A stretch of DNA of 64,000 nucleotides from Eledone cirrhosa (lineage: Eukaryota). Positions 27,280 through 40,200 of this stretch are shown here, in pieces. The stretch's first letter is position 1; each line of letters starts with the position of its first letter. The notes below the pieces were generated by a model, which did no database searches, was not told where the DNA came from, and saw only the letters and a program-made list of their open reading frames with translations. The position numbers and the translations under genes are program-made. The stretch spans positions 161,758,001 through 161,822,000 of the forward strand of contig OZ024743.1 of the NCBI GenBank assembly GCA_964016885.1, written 5' to 3'.

Positions 27280-28009
27280 ATATGCATATATATAAATATG
27301 TACACATATATATATATATATATATAAATATGTACACATACCCACAGACACACACACACGTGCGCATGCACACACAAATGCATATACACACACAGAAATA
27401 TAGAGTTATGCAGAAACAAATATACAACTGCCCTGCTGGAGAATAGAGCACACTGCAAGAAAAAAAAAAGAGAGCGATGGAACGGGCAAGAAGAAATAAT
27501 AATGAGAAGGATGACATATGATGAAGGATTTTGGTTACATAGACTAGAGGATAAAGTGTGAAAGGTAGAAAAGTATAAAAGAGCAAATTAAAGAGAAGAA
27601 AGTATACAGAGAAAGGGACAAAGACAGGAGAGAAATAAAAAGAGAAACAATCTGTTTTTAAGCTACTATTATGATTATTATTTAGTTAAATGAAGAAGGG
27701 CAATGTCCCTAGTATTTCCAAATAAATGTGTGTTGTTTAATCCAAGGCCATCTTTGATTGAGCAGACTTATGTCCAAAGATGTAGTACAGGACACCTGAA
27801 AAGATGTCCAGTACTACATTATCCAATGTGTTCTTTTTGATTAAAACTGCTGCATGTGATATGAGGGGAAATTAGCTGCTATTTCTAGTTTGATGCCATT
27901 AATCTTCAGCTAGAACAGTTCTAAGAATGAAGGATTAGGCCAAATGCAGTAAGAAGGTAAAGAAGAGGAGACATTGAGTTATATGCTGCTTCTTACAGAG
28001 CCAACAGGA

Positions 28010-28420
28010 TCGTTCTTCTTGTATGGCATATGCACAATAGTTAGGGAGAGAGATTGTGTTTGGTGAGCCAGACCAGGGTGTCATTTGCAGCCTTATGGAT
28101 TGCCTCCAGGCCTCCAGGAAAACGTCTGAGGGAGCAATCCTGAACAAAATGCAACAGTGTCCAGTCAGGGTCCCCACAGTCACATGCCAAGCTATCTCTC
28201 ATTTTCCATTGATGGAGATGATGGGCTGACCCAGCATGTCATGTTCAGATGCGATCAAGGGACACCCACTGCCCTCTAGGAAGGCCAAAGCCAGCCAGTC
28301 CAGATGTGGGGTCCTAGCAAATATGGACTCATTCCATGATCTTCACCACTCTACACAGATTGAAATCTCTACAGTAGAATGATGATGAATATCTTGGCTG
28401 CAATATTTACCAATCTGATT
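28010..28420 (-). mobile_element. Vingi/Ingi-like LINE 3' fragment
   Basis: Minus-strand translation GFGLPRGQWVSLDRI*T*H...LHQWKMRDSLACDCG..TLLHFVQDCSLRRFPGGLEAIHKA..WL; ends GCCATACAAGAAGAA. Confidence 0.7.
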
Positions 28421-28849
28421 CTCTGGTTGTTACTACAATGGTGTCCAACAAGCTTCTTTAATTACATTACTGTATATTTACTGTTGTATTTTTGTGGTAA
28501 AGTCTTTATCTTACATAATTATCTCATATAATTGAATCTACGAGATGTTGATGTTATTTATTTTGAGAACAATACCTTAATATAAGTATGAATGGCCAGT
28601 TCTGGCTTGTTTGAACAGCAAGAAGTGAGAGAATTCTGGCTGGATACAGCCGGTTTAAATGCTAAAGGGTTAAGAAATGTAGAACTGCATCACTCCAGTA
28701 TTGGCGAGAAGAATCTGTCCTCAGACATTATGTATTACATGGTGCAGTCAGGATGCCAAGATGTCAGAACAGCTTTTGAAGATCCTGGTAGATCAACTAT
28801 CTTCACAAGGCTCTGGCTGAAAATTGTATGGTGCTTGTGTATGAAGTGC

Positions 28850-29206
28850 AATGTAGCATGATAATAAGATGTGAGACTTGAATGCTGACAGTCTGTGACA
28901 GTGTGCTCCATTAGATGAGCAATATTAGTGTGTATGCACACAAAAGTATGAATGAGTTGAGAGAAAAACTGGATATATGAGTGATAACATGTAGTGTACA
29001 AAACTGAAAACTGTGTTGATATGGGCATGTGATGAAAGTTGACTAGTGTATAACAAAATGCCAAGCACTCAGAGAGGGTGGAGCTTGTGGAAGAGGAAGA
29101 CCGGGGAAGATATGGGCTGAAGTGGTAAAAAAGATTGCAAGAAGATTAACCTCACGAAGAAGATGACAAATGACTGATGATTGGCAACACACCATACTGC
29201 ACAAAA
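28850..29206 (+). mobile_element. Decayed RTE LINE 3' ORF fragment
   Basis: Remnants similar to 24150-24500 (LREKLDI, GRGRPGK..W-like). Confidence 0.55.
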
Positions 29207-29214
29207 CCCACAAA

Positions 29215-29790
29215 TAGGGCTAGATATAATGGGGGACAGGGTGGCAATTTCCCCGGGGTCCCCACACTGGGGAGCACCCATTAGTAACTACTGCAGCAAT
29301 TTATTTGTGCCCTCTGCTGGGCGTTTTAGCTTTATCCCTTTAACAGCAAGAACTATATTTTTAACATGGTGTATTTAATGTTCTTACTGTGGCAAAATTC
29401 ATCAAATTTTCTCAACTTCAGAGACATCAAAACAATATTCTGATAAAAAGTATTTGCTGATATTGCAAAAATAATGTATCCAGTCAAAATTCTAAAGTGG
29501 TTATGTTAGGAAGGGTATGCAGCCATAGAAAGTTTGCCAAATATGTAATGTATGAGTAAGATGAGGTTGCTCTAATGTCTGGTCTCGGACAGTGATAAAC
29601 TGTCCGACACATGTCAGTCTGGATAGTGAACATAAAATGAGGATGGTAAGATATTTTGAATTTAATACCTGTATGTATAACTTTTCAATTCGAATTAGTT
29701 GGTGTTTGCTGTAAATGCTAATGTTTTGTGTATGTGAGGCCCCCCAAACCTGAAGTGTCCCAGGCCCCCTGAAGTCTAAATCTGGTAGTG
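29215..29790. mobile_element. hAT-like MITE
   Basis: Perfect 8-bp TSD cccacaaa at 29207-29214 and 29791-29798; degenerate TIRs; GGCCCC subterminal motifs. Confidence 0.7.
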
Positions 29791-29798
29791 CCCACAAA

Positions 29799-30360
29799 CA
29801 TCATCATTTTACGTCTGCTTTTCCCTTCTTGCAAGGGTGGCATGGGACCTATTCAGAACAGCATCTCTCCATTCATCACGGTCCTTCGTCATCTCCATGA
29901 GCTTCAGCAATCTGAGGTCAGCTCTCACCACCTCCGCCAATGATTTTTGTGGTCTTCCTCTACTACGTCTTCCTTTTACTGGGATTTCTTGGCAGTTCTT
30001 TACCCAGCGGTCATTCTCCATGCGTATCACATGTCCATACCAACACAGTCTTCTCTCTCACACACTACAACTTATCCCTCTTATACAGTTTCTCTCTCAA
30101 CTCATCTATGCTTGGTCGTTCATGCATATTGACACTGCACATCCAACGGCATATGCTTGCTTCATTTCTCTCCAGCCGTCGCATATCCTCTGCAGTTGCT
30201 GCCCAAATCTCACTACCATGCAGCATCGCGCATCTCACACAGGCATCATATAACCGGCCTTTCGTTCATAGGGAGAAACCTTTCTTTGTCAACAGAGGAA
30301 GCAGCTCCCTAAACTTCTTCCAACCCATCCTTATTCTAGATACTATGGCCTCGGAGCACA
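29799..30360 (-). mobile_element. RTE LINE 3' fragment
   Basis: ENDRWVKNCQEIPVKGRRSRGRPQKS..DRDEWRDAVL and a (GAT)n tail. Confidence 0.8.
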
Positions 30361-31136
30361 AAAACTAGAACATTATAGTGATAGCAATGATAGAACATGG
30401 TATATATAATATTGGGTGGCATGTATAATTTCTCTCAACCATTATAGTCTTGTTTAGTTTTCCCCTGGTAATACCTTCTTATCTTTCCTAAGAAGAAACT
30501 GAATCTGATCTAACTCCTCTCTCTCTCTCCTAATAATATGGTTGGATAGCATTTGGATCTAACTTTATCCAATACACCCTACCATCACTTTCTGTATTCT
30601 CTCCCTCTCCTCCAGGTCAGTCATTATTGAAATACATTACTTTCATCATCTCCCAACTTTATCACTATGCATCACTTAATTTATCACCAAACATCTAGCT
30701 ACCATCATTGTCCTCCTTTCCTGTTTCTCACTTTTCTTTCAACCCTTTCAACCTAGTTCTTCTGTCATCACTCTCTTCTCTATTGGTTCAAATACCCCCC
30801 CCCCTCCTCTGCCTATGGAACTTTTTTGTGAGATTTATTTTTCTCCTGTGCACTTGATAATGACTCTACATAAGTGGTATACAGGCCTCCTTGGCCTGTC
30901 TGTGGCCCCACTTCATTACTGATTTGGTCTATATAGACCTGTCCAATCCTTGCTAGGGAATGTTAAATGATGTTGATGATGACAATGATGTTATATAGTA
31001 TTGATAAGCTGCTTCACTGCCCCAGTGCACTTTAGTAGTACTCTGGTTGCATACTAATCAGCAAAACTGTATAGTTGGGACTCAGAAGAAAAAGTTAGGT
31101 ATATTTTTGTCTATTTGCTCTTCACACTTATAATTG

Positions 31137-31178
<42 letters not shown>

Positions 31179-31765
31179 AGTAAGGTTACTTGGATGCGTC
31201 CATAGGCGGTATGCCAGTTGAGCACTCTATGTTCCTTCGGAGCAGAGTATAATAATATGGAAAACGAAGAATCAGTGAGTGATGCATCGGAACACAATTT
31301 ATTAATGTAATATATATATATATATATACGCGCACACTATTTGTTTCTCCTTTGCTATATGCACTTATCAATTATAGCATGTACTTATAATTTTAAACTA
31401 TCGACCTTTGACCTAATCTACTGGAATACAGAAGCTGATTGTCTTAGTTATCTGTCTTCCTCAGACAATTTTGTTTCCTCTAAAGCTCTTTTTATCTTTC
31501 TGATTTGAAAAAAACAAAGAAAAAAACATTTGTTTTGTTTTTGTTGCTGTTGTAATTTTTGCCACTTTCTCATATCTCTACACCATCCCTATTTTAAATA
31601 CTTCTCTGTTTTACTTGATAAATTCTCCCACACCCATAATGCAATGCCATTAAGTATTATTTATAAATAAAACATCCATTCATAATCACAAAGCGAATAT
31701 TTTCTCTCCCCCACTTCATTTAGTTTTGGATAAAATTCAAAAGAGAAACCTAGAGATTTTAAGTA

Positions 31766-32101
31766 CTCTTGGGTCTCAACCACCACCCCTTGGCTTATTA
31801 ATTTTTCAGATTTTTTCCAATACCCCCATTTATAAAATTTTGCTAATCTCTGGCAAAATCTTATTTCAAGTGGTATCATTCCTGCAATAAATTTTCTTTA
31901 GACAATAAAAAACATTATGCATGACAAAAAAAAAGAACATTGCAAGAAATCCCATACATTATAAAATAAATAGGATGGGTTGGGGTCTCAATATGTAAAC
32001 TAAATGACTAATTATGGTTTTTTATTAAAAAAATCAAAGGAGACAACTTTAAAAAATGATCGATTTCCACACACCACCCCCTATTATTTGGGACTTAAGA
32101 G
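31766..32101. mobile_element. Tc1/mariner-like MITE, decayed copy
   Basis: Homologous to 34288-34624; termini CTCTTGGGTCTCAA / TTGGGACTTAAGAG. Confidence 0.55.
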
Positions 32102-32419
32102 CAGTTGTTTGTTCAGCTCCAACTCAATACTCTAACTGGGCAAATCTATAATCAAAGATGTTCAAGATTTGATCTCCACCCTCCAATATTGGTTTATAAC
32201 CCTTTCAAGGCCGCATTTTTAATTAAATACACTCTGTTTCAATTAATTAATGAAGAATTTTGAGGGATTTATTAAAATTCTCAATTATTTCATTACTAAG
32301 ATAGTAAATTAATGTAAGGTTCTTATATAAAATTATGTTGCAACATTTTAATATAAATTGGAAACTTTTAAAATGGGTAACTTTATTTCACAGAACCAGA
32401 GCCAATTTTGGAAAAGGAG

Positions 32420-33900
32420 ATAGATAAGGTAACTGGGCTGGGGTAAAAATTATTGACAGAATTTTCAAACTCAGACTGATCATATGCAATAGAATGATAA
32501 CAATTATCTCTACTTGTGTTCCAGTCAAGACTAAGTAAACAACAAAAGGACCATTTCTATGGAGACCTCATACAGATAACTTCAAGAACAGATGAAGGCA
32601 AGTTCCAAGTCTAGGCTGGGGACTTCAATGGACATGTTGGCTGGAATAAATGGTGGCTATGGATGTGAATTCTGTGACTTAACTATATGCAACACTAACT
32701 TTAGGGAAACTGGCCATTCACTTGATCATCTACCAATCAGGTGAACAGATTGAATTTTTTTGCTTAACAGATTGACTTCTTGCTGTAGACTGAGCCATTA
32801 AAGCTTAGAGAGACAAACATGGGAAGACTGAAAAACACTGGATGTAGATGAGTGGCTTGAGAAAGCAGTGCAAGCTATGAATAGAGGTGCTGCTAGTGAA
32901 GTGTATGTAGGTAATGAGTTTAGTTGGGAATGCAATGTGTAAGTAGATGGGCTCAGTCCACTTCTGGTTATTATAGTCCTCAAGTCCATAACAGAGGAGC
33001 TTAAAACCAACTCTCGAGCAAAACTTCTATAGCTGAATCAGTGGGAGAGCTAGAGAAGAAATTCCTACTAGGGAAACAGAACTTACAATCAAAAGAACTC
33101 AGAATAAACTTAGCAAAGACCAAAGTTTTAGTAAGTAGGAAAGAAGGCAGGACTCTTATTCCATTAGGGAAATAGCTGTATTCAATATGTAGAAGGGGAG
33201 TCGGTAGAAACTCTATACAATGTATACAATGAGCAAAACTTAAGTACACAAAAGATGTAGTATGATTGTAGGTAGACTAACAGAAAAGGTAGAATTTCTG
33301 TATGGGAGATGCACAAGGGTAGTTAGGTGAAAGAGCCCCAATGAAGTAAATTCCATAGAAGTGGTTTGGGTGGATCTATGAAAGCATAGTAGCTAGAGTA
33401 AGAACAAGATGGATAGGGTCCAGGGAGCTACAATCTCTGTTGACAACAAAAGGTTTCTCTCTACGAATGAAAGACTGGCTGTATGATGCCAGCATGTGAA
33501 GTGCCATGTTGCATGGAAGTGATGCAGTACAGGATATGAAAGGCTGGAGATAAATGAAGTGTAGCATTCTTCAACGGATGTGTGATGTTAATGTGCATGA
33601 ATGGTAAAGCATGGATGAGCTGAGAAAGAAACGACGCATGCAAGAGAGAAGATTGTGCAGGTATACCCATCTGATGCCTAAGGATGGTGATTGTTAGGTG
33701 AATAAATGCCAGGAGTTCTAAGTGGAAGGAAGCTGCAGTAGAGGAAGGCCAAGAAAAACCTGGGCAGAAGTGGTGAGAATGGATCACAAAATGAAGATGA
33801 AGGAAAGCAACAAGTGAAGGGAGGCTGTACTGGAAAAGACACACCAAATGCATGTGAGTATGGAGAAACAGAAGTAAAAAGGATGATGATGATGATGAAG
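32420..33900 (+). mobile_element. Heavily decayed RTE LINE
   Basis: AGDFNGHVG, INLAKTKVL, GVGRNSIQC and GRPRKTW remnants; (GAT)n tail. Confidence 0.75.
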
Positions 33901-34287
33901 GCTGATGTGTGTGTGTTATAATCACATACTGTTCCTACTTTACATTATCACTTACTTTTCTATTGGTATTTAACTAGGTTTTTGAGTAAATATTTCAACA
34001 ATGAATTAATTTTGAAAACATTATCAATTTAATAACTAATTGGAAATTAACCAATAAATTATTATCATTTCTTTGATAAAATGGATTTCATTTGTAACAG
34101 GTTTGTCTGTCTTTCCAATTCTTTTTTTATTGTATTCATTACACAAAAAAAGGGAAAAAAAAGCAGGAATCCTTTTAGCCTACCACACACACCACTAAAA
34201 TTTATACAAACATTTTGATTGAAATTTATTGTGACAGAAAGAAAGAATGAAATAAAAAGAAAAAGAATTTAGAGTCATTCTCTATTA

Positions 34288-34624
34288 CTCTTGGGTCTCT
34301 AATAATCATACCCTTCACCCACACCCCTTGGCTTATTTTTCAGATTATTTCCACCACCCCCTTGCTCTTATTCCATACCCACTCCACCCCCGGCTTATTA
34401 AATTTTGCTAATCTATCTCTGGCGATATTTTATTTTAAGTGGTAGCATTCCTGCAATAATTAAGTTTCTTTAGACATTACAAAACATACATGACAAAAAT
34501 GAACATTACAAAAAATCCCATGTGTTATTAAAAAAATCAAAGGATACAAACTAGAAAAATTATCGATTTTCCAACCTTGTTCCCCCACTTATTCCAATCC
34601 CTATTATTATTTGGGACCCAAGAA
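34288..34624. mobile_element. Tc1/mariner-like MITE
   Basis: TIR CTCTTGGGTCTCTAATAAT / ATTATTTGGGACCCAAGAA with TA on both flanks. Confidence 0.65.
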
Positions 34625-34970
34625 TAAGTCTAAATATAGAAAAGAGGTGAAAAAGAAAACAAGACTGTTAGGATTTGACCTGTACTTTTATCTCTTTTCA
34701 TCTTATTTTTCTTCTTTTGTAAGAGAGTTGGCCTAAACAAGAAGGATCAACTTTTGTTTATATTCATGTATTTGACACAATAACCATAAATACATTAGTA
34801 CCCAACCCAGTGTTGAGGTGGTTTTATCAAATATTCCAGACTACAATAGAATAATACATGTATAATCTATTGAAGTTCAGAGCAGCGTTAAAAGAAGAAA
34901 TATTTATAACTAACATACCTGAATACGTAACATATTTAATGACAGACCAATCCTACTATAGTGCAAATAC

Positions 34971-35019
<49 letters not shown>

Positions 35020-35463
35020 ATATATATATACACGCACACATACATACAGGGGCAGTGGAAGCGTTTCTGAATGGGGGATGGGGGGGGGGGCAAATTTGAC
35101 TAATTTAGTTGTAGTAATTAGTTTGGTTATTATTATCAAATATCAACCAAGATATAAAAAAAAACTTTGATATGTGATAAACATAACATGTACAAAAATT
35201 GTAGCGCAAATAGATGTGTGTTTTCGTAATTTGGGGATAAAAATATAATCATGGCGGCGGGGGGTGGGTTCAGATAAAGAGAAAACAGGTAAGTACATAA
35301 AAGTTTGGAAAAGGTTGTTCAGAAGGTTGAGGGTCGTAGGCGAGTGGTCCAGCATTCAGGAGTGGGGGTCGAAGCAGAGGGTCCTGGTGTGTCGTGGGTG
35401 TAATCATGTGTGTGCCGATGGAATGAAATTGGTAGGTGTGCATTATTGCTTCTCTGTGGATTG

Positions 35464-35647
35464 GGGCGGTGGATTGGCAGTATCGGTAGAGGGTCGGACG
35501 CCATGCTTTCCAGCATAGTTACGTCCCTTTACGATCTGAGTTCAAATCCCGCCGAGGTTGACTTTGCCTTTCATCCTTACGGGGTCGATAAAATAAAGTA
35601 CCAGTAATGCACTGGATAATTGCTGGCCTTGTGCCTAAAGTAGAAAC
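35464..35647 (+). mobile_element. tRNA-derived SINE, young copy
   Basis: Full-length; flanked by the duplication attattgcttctctgtg. Confidence 0.9.
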
Positions 35648-35852
35648 AATTATTGCTTCTCTGTGTATGTGTGCGTGTGCAGCTCTCTGAGTCTTATATT
35701 GTTGGTGAGTTTTCTATTGTTTCTCTGTGTGTGTGTGTGTGTGTGTGTGTACTGGAAAATGTGTGAAATTCTTGGTGCAGTTAGGTATATTTAAAAAAAG
35801 TAAAAGAATTACTTTACTAGTACTAATTTTGTAATATTATAATTTTTCAATT

Positions 35853-36211
35853 TGGCGTTGGTTTGGCAGTATCGGTAGAGCATCAGATGCCATGCTTTGC
35901 AGCATAGTTATGGCCCTTTGCATTCTGAGTTCAAATCTACCGAGGTTAACTTTGCCTTTCATCCTTACGAGGTTGATAAAATAAAGTACCAGTGATGCAC
36001 TGGGGTAATCACTAGCCTTGTGCCAAAAGTAGAAACTGTAAGGGCGGTGGATTGGCAACATCGGTAGAGGGTCGGATGCCATGCTTTACAGCAAAGAGTT
36101 ACAGCCCATTACGGTGTGAGTTCAAATCCCACGCCGAGGTTAACTTTGCCTTTCATCCTTACGGGGTCGATAAAATAAAGTACCAGTAATGCACTGGGGT
36201 AAGTAGAAACA
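35853..36211 (+). mobile_element. Tandem SINE dimer
   Basis: Two head-to-tail SINE copies inside one ~20-bp duplication, attataattt(t)t/acaatttgg. Confidence 0.8.
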
Positions 36212-36639
36212 ATTATAATTTTACAATTTGGTTTTGTAGATCTAGGAATCTTTAAAAATCTCCCCACCGAAGTTAACAAAGAACTTACTAGATCTACAAA
36301 ACCAAATTGTAAAATTATAATATTATAAAATTAAATTAAACTGTTCAGAACTACAAGTGAAGTCATTCTTTTCCTTTTTTTGAAATATATATATATATTT
36401 ATTTATTTATATGCTGGACTTCATTGACATCAACAATAATATCTCTGACTACTTTATATGCTCTTAGGCTGAGAAAAATTATTTATCTAAAAATTTGAAA
36501 ATTTTCTGTTTATGATAGATCTAAGTCGAGTTAAATTTCATTGAATGAGAACTCATTGCATTAAGTTTCAGTTATTTTTTGAAAATAACAACCAAAAACT
36601 AACAAATGAATATGCAAAAAAAATTCAGGTTTCATAGGT

Positions 36640-37740
36640 GTCATTTTTAATAGAAGGACGGGGAGAACTGCCATTTTCCTGCACGATTCCTTTATAGCAG
36701 ATGAAAATATCACATTTTCCAATGGCTACTGTCAATCAGTCACCATGCACAACAAAGCCAATGATTTGATAGTAGTTGGGCTCTATAGGCCACCCCAAAC
36801 GCCTATACTGCACTTTCAAGAATGCCTCAACAACATTGTGTTTTATACAACAGTGCGATTCTAGTAACATACTAATGATGGGAGACTTTAATCTACCCTG
36901 TGTTGATTGGTCTAAAAACAGTTTGAAACTAGGCACTTCCACCACAACTGCTGAAAAAGTAGCAGTAGAATCACTTCTCGACTTTATGGATGAGTTTTTC
37001 TTGTCCTTGTACCCACAAAATATCAGAAAAACATTTTGGCCCTAGTGTTTAGTAACCACACTAACATTATACATAATATTAGTGGGAAAAACCCTTCTAT
37101 CAGACCATGACATGGTTCTCTGTAACCTGAGATTCCACCAGCAGAAAGCTAAACCAAATGACTTCTCTCCAGCTCCCCCATTTGATAACATGGATCTTTA
37201 TAATGCCAAATGGGATGCAATAATTAATGACTGGTCTTTCACACATGCACACATCTCCACTGACATCAAAACATCTTCGCAGATATTTGTAGACACTGTC
37301 ACAACCATATGTGCAAAACACACCCTACCAAGATCTGATCAAAACTAAGTGCAGAATCCCCCAAAACAGAAAAACTATTATCAGAAAAATAAAATGGACA
37401 AACAAAAAATCAACAAACTAAAATACTGCCAACAGCAACACACATATTTGACTGCTATCGCACAGCTCGAATGAAAAAAAATAACCTCCAACAATGCGTG
37501 ATGACCATCATCAATAACCAAAGAACAGCTGAGAAGAAATGGGCCATTGAGAAATGTGTTCTTTTCATTTGCAAAAAATCACAAGGTCAGTCTCCACTAT
37601 TGGCCCTCTGATTGATGAAAATGGCATTCTTCAAAACAATGCTAAAACCATGGGTGAGATACTGTAGAAACATGACTGCTCTATTTCAGCAATCCTAATA
37701 TGGCTGTATCAGTGACACTACATCAGACATAACCTTTGGC
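36640..37740 (+). mobile_element. Decayed CR1/L2-like LINE ORF2 fragment (APE and linker)
   Basis: VVGLYRPP, MMGDFNLPCVDW, LSDHDMV and IGPLIDENG motifs with stops and frameshifts. Confidence 0.7.
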
Positions 37741-37786
37741 ACCCCTGGTGACTTAGCTACAGTAAAGAAATTAAACACAACTCAGC

Positions 37787-37875
37787 AGTTTCGTGGATGA
37801 ACGTCTGTCCGGGTACTAAAAGTCGAACCACCAGTCGACCTTTAGGTACCCGGACAGACGTTCATCCACGAAACT
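37787..37875. repeat. Long GC-rich palindrome/hairpin
   Basis: 30-bp perfect inverted arms extended by about 10 near-perfect bp, with an 8-nt loop. Confidence 0.9.
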
Positions 37876-38655
37876 CGCGAGCCACGTATGGTCCCTCAAG
37901 GACTCAAGTATAGATTACTCCATTCAATGGAAAGTCATCACTAAGTCCAAGCCATACGCAAGGGAAAAATCCGTCGTGTGGACGATGTATTGATGAACAA
38001 ATAAATATTCTAAAGAGATTATGCAATAGTGATTGCCTAAACACGAGAAATGAATTCTTCACACGTTGTCCACACATCTCGAAACACCTCTTACGTAACT
38101 ACAAAGCTCCGGATTGAATTACAACAACACCCTAATTTTCTTAACTAGAAACTTTTCGGGCTTTCGCAGTTATCTCCCTTACACCTCTCGCACGCATTTT
38201 AGTATTGCCTGTGTGAAGTGTTCGTTTCTGCGCATGCGCATTCGTACGGTTGTCCTTGTTCTGTATAACCATGTCCATTACGAGCTGAGGATCCGCTAAG
38301 GTGAAACAATTGTTCTCGGTATGGTGAACTAACTGTTGTGTAACCACTTCTACCTAACTCGTCCCATGGACTGACTGCTCTACCACTACGGATATTACCT
38401 TCCAGTGTTCTACCACTATATATATATAATATCATCACCGTTTAATGTTCAATTTTCTACACTGGCATGGGTTAGACGAGTTATCCTGTTGTGAACAATG
38501 CCAGGTCAGATGTCCATGTCATGCTCATACAGAACCGATTTGGACTTGGTTTCTACAGCTAGATGCCCTTCCTAGCGTCAACCTCATTTACAGTGAGTAC
38601 TGGGTGCTTTTTGTTGTGACACCTACATGACCACTTTACTTATATCCAAAACAAC

Positions 38656-38717
38656 TATTTCATCTGATGAACGGGCCAGACGTTTTTGTAAGGATCGTCT
38701 AGTTTCTTGAAACCTTG

Positions 38718-38721
<4 letters not shown>
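38656..38721 (+). ncRNA. Hammerhead-like motif truncated by (TA)n
   Basis: CTGATGA 38664-38670; stem II core agacg/cgtct; GAAAC-ctt-GTA; stem I 3' strand largely replaced by (TA)n. Confidence 0.45.
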
Positions 38722-38767
<46 letters not shown>

Positions 38768-39829
38768 ATAGTGATTTAAGAAAATAAGCTTACATAAACC
38801 TAGTTACAAACAGAAATGTCAATTGTCACAAAAATTACTTAATGGGTCAAGCTAAAAACTGCAGAATTCATAGGCTATATATACTTCCATAAAGAGTAAT
38901 ATGAAATATTTGTTATCATCCAAACCTAAGAACTCAAAGTATTTCATTTTAAGACGTTAATTTTTTTTATGTTAAACTAAGTATGAAAATTTACAAATGA
39001 TTTCTATTATCTCGTATTTTCACTAATATAAAGTTATTTGAAGCTTTAGCTCTGTAAAATGTGTTTAGAGGACATCATCCATATTATGCAATTTATCATT
39101 ATATTTTTCATTGTTATTGAGGAAAAAAAAATAGAGAGTAGTAAGAGTTAACTTTGCAAGAAAAAGAAATTTCAGAACCAGAAATATATAAGAGTATTTC
39201 TCAAAGAAAATGAGAGAGAAAACTTTGTTTCCGAGTTGTCTTAAAATTAATGATAAATTTACTATCATTGTTTCATTCTTCAGCTGCAACAGAACTGTTT
39301 TCTTTGGTAAACAATATAAGGGGAGGAAATTCCTGGCTAAATACATAGATATTAAATGACATATTATGTGAGGGAAAATATTTAAAAATACAAATGTACA
39401 GAATGGCTGCCTAAAAAAATTGTACAAAAGAAAAATGAAAGAAAATAAATGGCATGCCATTCATGAAGGAAAAATACTATGTTTTTCATAAAATAAGGTT
39501 AGCTATATATGTATATACTTTTTTTTCTAATCTGGTAAAATCCATGAAAATCATCCCATAGATGTTTGTGTTATTATCATTAATATCATGGTTTATTGCA
39601 GAATGCCCCAGAAAAATAATAATGGCAATGTGTATTCAATAATGAAAACAATGTTTCCAAATTTTAGTGAATATTTTGAATTAAAACTTACACTATAACA
39701 TTGTTTTCATTTTCTGTTTTGCCAATATAGTCATTCATTCATATAGGTGTGATATATAAACAGAGCTGCAATGAACTAGTGTACTATTAAGGTAGGAATC
39801 TTATACTCCTCTCAGTCGCTAAAGAAGCA

Positions 39830-40200
39830 GAGCACCTGGAGACAGTGGCAAGGAACAACTTCAACACACTCCACAGAGCTTGTGCCGATCCCTGGATCAA
39901 GACAGCTCTGATGAAGGCTACCAACTGTAACATCATCACCACTAAAACCACCTACCTCAAACGCTGGAAAGACAACTTCAGCCTTCTTCTGCATCACCCA
40001 CCCATCCCAATCAATCCCTGCCTAACCATCACCACAGCTTCAGCCAACGACTCCTGCAGACTCAATCCTATCACTCCATGTCATCAACCATGTATGGATG
40101 TTAGAGCCACTCCCAAATGACTGGACTCGAGGCATTATCCTCCCCTTCTGGAAACGGAAGGGCAACAAACTCGTCTGCAACAACCACAGAGGCATCACGT
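39830..40200 (+). mobile_element. LINE RT N-terminal fragment (RTE-like)
   Basis: LKRWKDNF and PNDWTRGIILPFWKRKGNKLVCNNHRGIT. Confidence 0.7.

Noticed and set aside
39905-39920. CTGATGA motif
   Set aside because: Lies within a LINE coding remnant with no stem II or GAAA arrangement.
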